Assembly: GCA_042216675.1 (NCBI GenBank)
Contig: JBDGTS010000020.1
Coordinates: 51,557 to 115,556, forward strand
Source: Halobacteriaceae archaeon
Lineage (GTDB): Archaea > Halobacteriota > Halobacteria > Halobacteriales > Halobacteriaceae
Length of the DNA stretch: 64,000 nt
Direction of reading: 5' to 3'
Part shown: one piece after another, positions 27,510 to 35,753 of the stretch
Layout of the letters: each line of letters starts with the position of its first letter
How positions within the stretch are numbered: position 1 is the stretch's first letter
Notes under the pieces: generated by a model
The model's database searches: none
Told to the model about the DNA's origin: nothing
Seen by the model: the letters and a program-made list of their open reading frames with translations, nothing else
Made by a program: the position numbers and the translations under genes

Positions 27510-28591
27510 TCCTCCAGCGGATCGCTCTCCGCGTACTCCTCGTCGTCCTGCGCCCAGAAGCACGCCGTCTTCGTCTCCGCGGTCGATTCGAGGGCCGGGT
27601 TGCGCTCGGCGCAGGTCTCACGGGCCTCCGGACACCGCGTGTGGAACGAACAGCCGGATGGCGGATTCACCGGGTCGGGCACGTCGATGTCCCGAAGCGG
27701 CGGCTCCTCAATAGGGTCGTCGTAGTCCCTGATGCTTGAGGACGCCCACATCAACACCTGCGTGTAGGGATGTTGGGGGTTCTCGATTATCTCTTCGACC
27801 GGTCCGATCTCGACGAGTTCCCCGAGGTACATAATGCCGATGCGGCCGTCAGCCTTCTCGGTGAGGTAGCGCGCGTTCGAGATGTCGTGGCTGATGAACA
27901 GATAGGAGGTGTCGAAGCGCTCCTGCAGTTCGAGCATCAGGTCCATCATGTCCACCCGCAGGCTCACGTCGAGGGCGCTGATGGCTTCGTCCGCGAGGAC
28001 GAGTTCCGGTTGCATCAGCAAGGCGCGCGCGAGGGCCACCCGCTGTTGCTCGCCGCCGCTGAGTTGGTGGGGGTACCGCGTGAGGTAGTTCTCGGCCGGC
28101 GTAACGCCCACCGCCTGCAGGAACTGGATCAGGTACTCCCGTCTCTCGTCGGCGGCCAGTCCGTCGTACCACCGCTTCAGCGGGTCCGAGAGGATGGCCT
28201 GCACGGTCCGCTGGGGCTCCAGCGACGCGCCGGGGTCCTGATGGATGATCTGGAGTTTCGGCCGAATCCGGCCGAAGGGGATGTCCCCCCGTCCGGCCTT
28301 GGCGGCCTGAACATCCTGTCCTCGGTAGCGCACTGCCCCTGAGGTCGGTTCTTGGAGGCCGATGGCCGTCTTGCCGAGCGTCGTCTTGCCACAGCCACTC
28401 TCGCCGACGAGTGCGACGACTTCGTTCTCGCCGATGTCGAGGGACACGTCCTGCACCGCACGGACGGCACGTTTCTCCCCTGTGAGGCGGTCGATGACGG
28501 ACTGTCCCGTGTCGAACTCGACGGACACGTCGTCGAGTGATACCACCGGTTCCTCGGTCCGTTCGGTCGGTTTGTCGGTTTGCTCGCTCAT
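27506..28591 (-). CDS. Oligopeptide/dipeptide-class ABC ATPase (OppF/DppF-like)
   Basis: GESGCGKT, LSGGEQQR, LADE, SHD, HPYT and PSGCSFHTRCP motifs. Confidence 0.93.
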   Translation of the reverse strand: MSEQTDKPTERTEEPVVSLDDVSVEFDTGQSVIDRLTGEKRAVRAVQDVSLDIGENEVVALVGESGCGKTTLGKTAIGLQEPTSGAVRYRGQDVQAAKAGRGDIPFGRIRPKLQIIHQDPGASLEPQRTVQAILSDPLKRWYDGLAADERREYLIQFLQAVGVTPAENYLTRYPHQLSGGEQQRVALARALLMQPELVLADEAISALDVSLRVDMMDLMLELQERFDTSYLFISHDISNARYLTEKADGRIGIMYLGELVEIGPVEEIIENPQHPYTQVLMWASSSIRDYDDPIEEPPLRDIDVPDPVNPPSGCSFHTRCPEARETCAERNPALESTAETKTACFWAQDDEEYAESDPLED

Positions 28592-29631
28592 TAGTCTTCG
28601 TGGACGTCGAGGGGGATGGCGTCAGACGCGTCCTCCCAGTGGAAGCACTTCGTGCGTTGCGTCTCGGTCACGTCGTAGAACGGCGGGTCCTCCGTCTCAC
28701 ACTCCTCGGTGGCGAGGGGGCAGCGCGGATGGTACGAACAGCCGTCGGGGACGTTCACCGGGTCCGGGCTCATCCCCGGTATCGGCTCCATGTCCTCGAT
28801 GTCCATGCCCAAGTCCGGGATGGCCCGCATCAGTGCCCGCGTATACGGATGCGCGGAGTTCGTCACGAGTTCCTCGACGCCGCCGACTTCGACCACTTCG
28901 AAGGCGTACATCACGGCCAGTCGGTCACAGAGTCGGGAGATGGTCGCGATGTCGTGGCTGATGACGATGACCGTGAGGTCGTACGTCTCCTTCAGGTCGT
29001 CGAGGAGCGCGAGGATAGACTGCTGCATCAGCAAGTCGAGCGCGGACGTCGGCTCGTCCATGATGAGGAGTTCCGGGTCCAGGATGAGACTCAGCGCGAT
29101 GAGGACGCGCTGTTGCATCCCCCCGCTGAGTTCGTGGGGGTAGGAGTTCAGCACGCGGTCGGGGTCGAGATACACCTGCTCCAGTAGCTCTCGCGCGTGC
29201 GCCATCTTCTCCTCTGAGTCGGCGTCGTGTGCGTCGATGGTTTCGAGGAAGTGGTCCTCGATAGAGAGCGTTGGATTGAACGAGTCCATCGCCCCCTGAA
29301 ACACGAACGCGATCTCCTCCCACCGAACCTGTCGGAGTTCCTCCTCGGTGAGGTCGAGAATCCGTTGCTCCGTCCCGTCACGCTCGACGTACGTCACCTC
29401 GCCGCGGGAGACCCCCGGGTCCTCGACGGCGTCCAGAAACGAGAGGGCGAGCATCGACTTGCCACTCCCGCTCTCGCCGACGAGTCCGAGAATTTCGCCT
29501 CGTTGGACCGTGATGTCCACGTCGTTGACGACGATCGCCTCGCCTCGCTCCATCGCGAACGCGACGTTTACGTCCTCGCCGCGCACGATGGCATCGGGCG
29601 CGTCGGTCGCGTCTCGGGTAGTTCCTGACAT
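28591..29631 (-). CDS. Oligopeptide/dipeptide-class ABC ATPase (OppD/DppD-like)
   Basis: GESGSGKS, LSGGMQQR, MDEPT, HPYT and GCSYHPRCP motifs. Confidence 0.93.
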   Translation of the reverse strand: MSGTTRDATDAPDAIVRGEDVNVAFAMERGEAIVVNDVDITVQRGEILGLVGESGSGKSMLALSFLDAVEDPGVSRGEVTYVERDGTEQRILDLTEEELRQVRWEEIAFVFQGAMDSFNPTLSIEDHFLETIDAHDADSEEKMAHARELLEQVYLDPDRVLNSYPHELSGGMQQRVLIALSLILDPELLIMDEPTSALDLLMQQSILALLDDLKETYDLTVIVISHDIATISRLCDRLAVMYAFEVVEVGGVEELVTNSAHPYTRALMRAIPDLGMDIEDMEPIPGMSPDPVNVPDGCSYHPRCPLATEECETEDPPFYDVTETQRTKCFHWEDASDAIPLDVHED

Positions 29632-29699
29632 GAGTTATCGTTTACCTCGGGTCGCTACTCCCCCATTTTCGAACGTGATAGTTAAAACCTCCCACACCG

Positions 29700-30512
29700 T
29701 CAGGCCCCGGCCGCCGGGAGGTCGGTATACGGCTCGGACTCGAACAACACCGTGTCGCAGTTCGGACAGTGGACGACGGTCCGGGCCTGTCCGGAGACAC
29801 AACAGGACGTGACTTTCTCCGCGGCGACGTGGTCCGAGCAGTCCGGACACCTGTCGAGAAACGGCCGGAGCCCCCGGGTTACGACACTGCGCCGAGCCAC
29901 GGGGACGGCGTCCCAGCGGGAGAGACGGTCCGCTAGCACTCTGTCGGCGGCGAAGTCGGCGACAGCGGCGGTACGAGACACCCAGCGACCGAGAATCCTG
30001 TCCTGTTCGTGAGCGATTAGGTCACCCTCCTGTTCGGTCACGGCGGCGTCCTCGCCGAGTGCGTCCCGAATCAGGTCCTCGACGGACGCGGACTCGCGGA
30101 TGGCCGTCATCTCTGCGTGCCAGTCGGCCCGGAACGTCTCGTCCAGACAGAGGTCGTCCACCTCGGCGCACTCGGTGACGGCCCCCGCCCGCCGGAGGAC
30201 CGCTTCCGGGTCCGGTTCGTCGTCCATCTCCGCGGCGGGAACCGTGGTGTCGTGGTGGTCGAAGTGCCGGAGCACTGAGTCGGGGAGGTACTGCGTCAGC
30301 GTGGGAGTCCCGGGGACGACGTAGCCACGGAGGTAGACGGCCGCGACGCCGACGACGAAGGCGGCGACGCCGACGCCGACAGCCGTCGCGAGGGCGACGG
30401 CGAGGCTGAGGGTCGCGACGATGACGACGTTGACGACGGTGCAGGCGAGACACCGGTTCTCGCCGGTGTACTCGGGGTTCCGGAGGTGCCCGAAGGTTCC
30501 TGAGCCGAGCAT
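29700..30512 (-). CDS. Haloarchaeal hypothetical membrane protein with Cys pairs (zinc-ribbon-like C-terminus)
   Basis: PEYTGENRCLAC, two TM segments, GYVVPGTPTLT and CPDC...SCC...CPNC. Start re-called at ATG 30512. Confidence 0.75.
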   Translation of the reverse strand: MLGSGTFGHLRNPEYTGENRCLACTVVNVVIVATLSLAVALATAVGVGVAAFVVGVAAVYLRGYVVPGTPTLTQYLPDSVLRHFDHHDTTVPAAEMDDEPDPEAVLRRAGAVTECAEVDDLCLDETFRADWHAEMTAIRESASVEDLIRDALGEDAAVTEQEGDLIAHEQDRILGRWVSRTAAVADFAADRVLADRLSRWDAVPVARRSVVTRGLRPFLDRCPDCSDHVAAEKVTSCCVSGQARTVVHCPNCDTVLFESEPYTDLPAAGA

Positions 30513-30663
30513 GGGAGAGAGGAATTCACAGACCCGTATAGTTCTGTTGCCCGTTAGCACGGCACGCAGGTCGATGATTAACTCTGCCACGAGTATGACC
30601 TATTTTTAATACGTTTAATCGTGAATATTAATTCGTGCCATCCCGGCACAGGATTGATAAACG

Positions 30664-32913
30664 ATGACAGACGACACACCGGCGACAGACAGGACGAACG
30701 AATCGGACGGGCAACTACCGCTCTCGCGACGCGCGGCGCTGGCGCTGTTGGGGGCCGGCGGCGCGGCGGCCGCGGCGACGGGGCCGGCGGCGGCGACCCA
30801 CACAAACGGCGACGACGGCGCGCCGACGCGTCCGTGGAACCAGCACGTCGACGCACAGGACCACGACCTGACGAACGTCGCGTCGCTGGAGGCGGACCAC
30901 GCGTCGCTGGGGACTCTCGACGTAGACGTCACGTACACGTCGGCCCGCGAGGCCGACGTCATCGTCTGGAAGGACGACGACGGGACGTGGTACGCCGACG
31001 GGACGACCGAGCGGGTGGCGACGGGGTCGGACGTGCTGGCCGTCACGCAGGCCGCGGTGGACAGCCTCACGGACGGCCGCGACTGGCAGGAGAAAGTCCT
31101 CGTCGTCTCGCCCGGCACGGCGACGGGCGAGGTGAGCGCCATCTCGGTGCCGAGCTATACGGTCCTCGACATGCCGTACCGGGTCCACATCCCGACGGAC
31201 GTCGACGTCGACTACGTCGTGAACGCCACAGACGAGACTGACATCGCGATTCCGCGCCTCCACGTCACCGGCGCGCCGTTCATCCCCTGCCGACTGCAGG
31301 GCGTCCGGCGCACGACGGTCGGCGAGTTCCGCTACTACGCGGACCCGGACGCCGACACGGACGTGGGCCTGCGCATCGACGACTGGGGCGGCGAGGTCCA
31401 GTGTGAGGACGTACAGGTGGGCCGCGCGTACGTCGAGCACTCCGAGAACCACGGCGTCGAGACGGTCAACGTCCACCGGTTTCAGGCCGACCAGATCATC
31501 GGCAACGACACGGGCGGCACGGCCTGCTTGCTGAACCGAACGACGGACGCGACGGTCAACAGCGTCGTCGGGTACGAGACGGGGAGCAAGGAGGAGGCGT
31601 ACGCGACGTTCCGTCTCGCGAACGACAACCAGAACATCTCCGTCGGGCAGGTCGTCAGCCGCGGGGGCTTCCGGGGGCTGGCGATCATCACCGACGCCCA
31701 GCGGGTTTCCATCGGGGAAGTCGACATCGCGGAGCCAGAGTTGAGCGGCATCCAGATGGTCGACGCTGCAGACGTCACCATCGGCGGCGGCGTCATCCGC
31801 AACCCCGGCGACCACGGCGTCAACATCTACTCGCTGAACAACGAACCGCCGAACGAGAACATCAGCATCACGGACCTCCGCATCATCGACGACCGCGACG
31901 AGACGGAGATGGAGTACGCCATCAACGAGGGCGGAGAGTCCGCGAACAACCGCTTCGTGGACAACGACCTCGACCCCGGCACGCAGGGCGTCATCAACGT
32001 GGGCTCGGGGACGACCGTCGTGCGGGACAACACCGGCGGCGGCCTCGACGAGGGCAAGATGACGCTCACCGGCGGGGCGGCCCCGGCGGCGCGCGTCGAG
32101 GGCGTGACTGCCACCGGAAGTTCGGCGCTCGAAGCGCGAATCCAGCCGGTCCGGCCGCCGGAGACGGCCTTCGGGTTCGAGTCGCACTTCGAGTGGACCG
32201 GCGGGGAGTGGGACCTCGTCGTCGAGTGGACGACCGACCCGGGAACCGACGTCGACGCGACGTACATCGTCGACCGCGACCAGCCGAACCTCGCGGGCGT
32301 CGAGACGGGGCCGCCGTCGGAGTGGAACCCCGACGAGGTCGACGAGGAACCGGGCGCGGGCGTCATCGACGACTTCGAGGACGAGAACATCTCGGAGTAC
32401 GTCGGCGCGACCGGGGCCTACGAGGTGAACAGCGACGCGCCGGTGGCCGAAGGGTCCTACAGCCTCAAGAACACGGGCGGCGACGAGGCGCTCATCGGCT
32501 CCTTCGCGGGCCTCGACCGCTACCCGAGCGCGGGCGACACGTTCGCCGCGAAGGCCGCGAGCATCGACGACGCGGAGAACTTCGGGCTCCTGTTCGGCAT
32601 GCAGGACCTGTCGAACTTCTACTTCACGCGCTACTGGAAGGGCGGCCCGGACCTCCAGATCTGGCGCGTCGAGGACGGCAGCTACAGCGAACTCGCGAGC
32701 GTGGACGTGCCCGAGACCACCGTCGGCACCGTCTACGACTACGTCGTGGACTGGGCCGCCGACGGCACCATCACGCTCGAACTGCGCGAGACGGACGGCA
32801 CCGTCATCGGGACGACGACGGCACAAGACACGACGTTCACGGAGGGCGGCATCGGCACCCGTCGGTCGGGGATGCTGGACGACATCCGCATCACCGACGC
32901 CGGGAGCCAGTGA
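30664..32913 (+). CDS. Tat-secreted right-handed parallel beta-helix (pectin lyase-like) protein with a C-terminal ConA/LamG-like domain
   Basis: LSRRAALALLG Tat signal, repeated V/I-x-I-G-x-V and Asn-ladder beta-helix pattern, and a C-terminal IDDFED...GGIG...DDIRI domain. Confidence 0.72.
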   Translation: MTDDTPATDRTNESDGQLPLSRRAALALLGAGGAAAAATGPAAATHTNGDDGAPTRPWNQHVDAQDHDLTNVASLEADHASLGTLDVDVTYTSAREADVIVWKDDDGTWYADGTTERVATGSDVLAVTQAAVDSLTDGRDWQEKVLVVSPGTATGEVSAISVPSYTVLDMPYRVHIPTDVDVDYVVNATDETDIAIPRLHVTGAPFIPCRLQGVRRTTVGEFRYYADPDADTDVGLRIDDWGGEVQCEDVQVGRAYVEHSENHGVETVNVHRFQADQIIGNDTGGTACLLNRTTDATVNSVVGYETGSKEEAYATFRLANDNQNISVGQVVSRGGFRGLAIITDAQRVSIGEVDIAEPELSGIQMVDAADVTIGGGVIRNPGDHGVNIYSLNNEPPNENISITDLRIIDDRDETEMEYAINEGGESANNRFVDNDLDPGTQGVINVGSGTTVVRDNTGGGLDEGKMTLTGGAAPAARVEGVTATGSSALEARIQPVRPPETAFGFESHFEWTGGEWDLVVEWTTDPGTDVDATYIVDRDQPNLAGVETGPPSEWNPDEVDEEPGAGVIDDFEDENISEYVGATGAYEVNSDAPVAEGSYSLKNTGGDEALIGSFAGLDRYPSAGDTFAAKAASIDDAENFGLLFGMQDLSNFYFTRYWKGGPDLQIWRVEDGSYSELASVDVPETTVGTVYDYVVDWAADGTITLELRETDGTVIGTTTAQDTTFTEGGIGTRRSGMLDDIRITDAGSQ

Positions 32914-32958
32914 CCGCCGAGGGGCACTTCTTTTATCGAGGCGGGCGATGGCGGTGCC

Positions 32959-33498
32959 ATGAGCGACCTACAGGAGACGGCGGCGGACGTGGCCGACGAC
33001 CTCTCGAAGAGCGACGTCGTCGTCCGGACCCGACCGGCGGTCCACCGACAGGTGAAACGCCGCGTCGACGTGGAACACGTCACGCTGGACGCGGTGCGCG
33101 AGGGGTTCGCCGAGATGGGATGGACCTACGACCGGCATCTGTACTTCGACCCGGAGGCCGTCGCGGCGCGCGCGGCGGAACTGGCCGCGACGTACCGCGA
33201 GTCCGAGGGGCGTCTCGTGGTCAGCCACGACGAGGTGTGTGACCGGCTCCACGACTCGGAAGAGGAGGAGCGCCAACGGGTCTCGGGGTGGAACGGCGGC
33301 GACTTTCTGGACACGGTCGTCGACGCCTTCGCCGAGCGTGGCTGGCACACCGAGGTCCACGACCGACAGCGCGTCTACCAGTTCCCGCTGTACCGCGTGT
33401 TCGAGGAGAACCATCCGAACGGCCGGGGCGGGCGCTCGACGGCGGAACTGTTCGGCGACTACGTCTCCACGTCGATGGAGACGCTCGCCGAGGAGTGA
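32959..33498 (+). CDS. Hypothetical protein (179 aa) with an internal duplication
   Basis: Acidic haloarchaeal composition, TTTTAT upstream, and a repeated motif GFAEMGW / AFAERGW. Confidence 0.7.
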   Translation: MSDLQETAADVADDLSKSDVVVRTRPAVHRQVKRRVDVEHVTLDAVREGFAEMGWTYDRHLYFDPEAVAARAAELAATYRESEGRLVVSHDEVCDRLHDSEEEERQRVSGWNGGDFLDTVVDAFAERGWHTEVHDRQRVYQFPLYRVFEENHPNGRGGRSTAELFGDYVSTSMETLAEE

Positions 33499-33539
33499 AC
33501 GACAGGGATTTGAGGGACGACTCGGTTCTTCGGACACGG

Positions 33540-34145
33540 ATGTTCGAGAGACGACAGATACTCGGCGCGCTCGGTACCGCCGGCGCGACGCTGCTCGCTG
33601 GCTGTGGCTCCTCCGGCAACGGCGGCGGGGGACAGGACTACGCGACGCCCGGCGAATCGCGAGAGCTGAGCGGGATTCGTTTCACCGTCACCTCGGTGAC
33701 GGAGACGACGACCGTCGACGCGGTGGCCCCGGACGTGAACGACACGGCAACCACCTACCGGACGACGCGGCTGACCGCCGGCGAGGACAGCATCGGCGAC
33801 CAGCGACGCTTCCTCGTCGTCGACCTGACGGCCGAGAACACCGGCGACTCGGCACAAGAACTGCCCGCGCCCGCGCCGACGCCGCCCGCGGCGGCGGGGC
33901 GCATCTCCATCACAGGGGCCGCGCGGGGCGTCAACCCCCGCTCCGTCACCGGCCAGCTGCTCCGGGACAGCACGCCTGTGGAGAGTTTCGGGGCGCGGGT
34001 CGCCGACCTGAACTGGTCACTTCCGCCCGGCGAATCCGTCAGCGGGTGGCTCCTGTTCCGCGTCAGCGACGACTTCAACCGCACGACGAACACGCTCACC
34101 GTCGAAATCGACGCCACCACCGCGCGCTGGCAGTTGAAGACGTGA
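33540..34145 (+). CDS. Tat lipoprotein, DUF4352-like Ig-fold (paralog 1 of 3)
   Basis: MFERRQILG...LLAGC and FLVVDLTAEN...LPPGESVSGWLLF. Start re-called at ATG 33540. Confidence 0.78.
   Translation: MFERRQILGALGTAGATLLAGCGSSGNGGGGQDYATPGESRELSGIRFTVTSVTETTTVDAVAPDVNDTATTYRTTRLTAGEDSIGDQRRFLVVDLTAENTGDSAQELPAPAPTPPAAAGRISITGAARGVNPRSVTGQLLRDSTPVESFGARVADLNWSLPPGESVSGWLLFRVSDDFNRTTNTLTVEIDATTARWQLKT
33983..34049 (+). repeat. 67-bp near-identical block, copy 1 (66/67 identical to 35325..35391)
   Basis: GAGTTTCGGGGCGCGGGTCGCCGACCTGAACTGGTCACTTCCGCCCGGCGA-A-TCCGTCAGCGGGTGG. Confidence 0.9.
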
Positions 34146-34187
34146 GAGGAACCGTTTTAGCCCGAGACCGCTGACACTCAGTATCCG

Positions 34188-34796
34188 ATGTACGACAGGC
34201 GCACGGTCCTCGGTGCCGTCGGCGGGGCGGCGGCCACCCTCCTCGCCGGCTGCGGCGGTTCGTCGGACGGGACGTTCGCCCCACCCGGCGAGGCGCGGAC
34301 GATCAGCGGGCTTCGAATCACCGTCACGGACGGCCTCCAGCGGCGACAAATCGACGTCGCTCCCGACGGCGACGGAAACCGGACGACGCGGCTCACCGCC
34401 GGAACGAGCAAACTCCGCAACGCGCGGCAGTTCGTCGGGGTAAAACTCCACATCGAGAACGCCACCGACGAGGAACAGGAGTTGCCTGCGCCCGCGCCCG
34501 CACCGCCGCTGGCGGCCGGCAAAATCGCCATCGAGAGCGCCGCCAAACCACTGAGCGACGTGACCCCCGAGCGATACGAGGGGCACCTGTGGGTCGACGG
34601 GGAGCCACGCCAACCCCTGACCGAGGCGCTCGCGGCCCGGGATCTACTGCTCGCCCCCGAGGCGTCCGTCGCCGGCTGGGTCGTCTTCCTCGTGGACGAG
34701 GCGCTCGACCTGTCGGAGAGCCCGCTGGCGGTGGAAATCGAGGGTGTCTCTGTGCGCTTCGAGATCCCCGTCGACGACGCATCGACGCCCGGATAG
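34188..34796 (+). CDS. Tat lipoprotein, DUF4352-like (paralog 2 of 3)
   Basis: MYDRRTVLG...LLAGC, FVGVKLHIEN, QELPAPAP and LAPEASVAGWVVF. Confidence 0.8.
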   Translation: MYDRRTVLGAVGGAAATLLAGCGGSSDGTFAPPGEARTISGLRITVTDGLQRRQIDVAPDGDGNRTTRLTAGTSKLRNARQFVGVKLHIENATDEEQELPAPAPAPPLAAGKIAIESAAKPLSDVTPERYEGHLWVDGEPRQPLTEALAARDLLLAPEASVAGWVVFLVDEALDLSESPLAVEIEGVSVRFEIPVDDASTPG

Positions 34797-34890
34797 CGAC
34801 AGTGGACGTGGAGGGCGAACGGCGCCACGTCTCGGTCGCGACGACGACGGCGGCGACATGCACTTTGACCTCCGCCTCCACCACCGAGGC

Positions 34891-35487
34891 GTGAACAGGC
34901 GTGGACTCCTGCGGACGCTGGGCGTCGGGGCGGCGGCGCTGGCGGGGTGTAGCAGTTACCGGTCGGGTGCCGGCGAGGACGGCGTCCCCGGCGAGACGCT
35001 GGAACTACTAGACGTACACTACACCCTCACGAGCGTCGCCGAAGCGGAGACGATCGAGGTGGCTGGTGCGGAGGCGGACGCCGACAGCACGACCCTGCTG
35101 GCGGCCGACGCGTGGCGGAGCGGGACCGACCGGCGGTTTCTCGTCACCGATCTGCGCGCCGAGAACCGGTCGGGCGAGTCACAGGGACTCCCGGCGCCGA
35201 GTCCGGCGCCACCGGCCGCGACGGGCCGCGTCTTCGTCACGGGCCGCAACGACCCGGTAGGTCGCAAGGGCCTCGACGCGGCGCCCGTCGTCGGCCGCCT
35301 CGTGCGCGACGGCGCGGCGGTCCCGAGTTTCGGGGCGCGGGTCGCCGACCTGAACTGGTCACTTCCGCCCGGCGACTCCGTCAGCGGGTGGGTCGTGTTC
35401 CACGTCCGGGAGGGCTACGACCGCTCGAAGAACGAGTTCGTCGTCAGAATCGGCAACGCGGCGGCGCACTGGGCGCTCTCCGCGTGA
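34891..35487 (+). CDS. Tat lipoprotein, DUF4352-like (paralog 3 of 3)
   Basis: GTG 34891 MNRRGLLR...LAGC and FLVTDLRAEN...LPPGDSVSGWVVF. An earlier ATG at 34858 is possible. Confidence 0.75.
   Translation: MNRRGLLRTLGVGAAALAGCSSYRSGAGEDGVPGETLELLDVHYTLTSVAEAETIEVAGAEADADSTTLLAADAWRSGTDRRFLVTDLRAENRSGESQGLPAPSPAPPAATGRVFVTGRNDPVGRKGLDAAPVVGRLVRDGAAVPSFGARVADLNWSLPPGDSVSGWVVFHVREGYDRSKNEFVVRIGNAAAHWALSA
35325..35391 (+). repeat. 67-bp near-identical block, copy 2
   Basis: Same as 33983..34049 except for one A/C difference. Confidence 0.9.
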
Positions 35488-35528
35488 CCGGGGCAACTGT
35501 TAAGCACCCACACAGTAAAGGTCGTGAC

Positions 35529-35675
35529 ATGACTGATCCCGAAAGTGCCGTCGAGTGTCAGCCCGGGTTCGGCCGCGCGACGCGATGCCCGTCCTGTGAC
35601 CGCCGCGTCGTCGACGGCGGCTACTGCCCGGAGTGTGAGGCGGACCGGGACGCCCGCCCGACAGACGCGGTTTGA
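35529..35675 (+). CDS. Small CPxC zinc-finger protein (48 aa)
   Basis: CPSC...CPEC. TTAAG TATA-like element ~28 nt upstream of ATG 35529 (leaderless spacing). Confidence 0.7.
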   Translation: MTDPESAVECQPGFGRATRCPSCDRRVVDGGYCPECEADRDARPTDAV

Positions 35676-35753
35676 GAGCGGAGTCGGGGCCGAAACCCGA
35701 CGCCGCCTTCCGCGGCGCGTAGTTTTATCCTCCCGGCTCCGCTTCGGTCGGTG

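Noticed and set aside
33983-35391. The 67-bp repeat pair as a diversity-generating retroelement TR/VR
   Set aside because: There is only one mismatch, both copies are in-frame coding, and no reverse transcriptase was recognised in the window.
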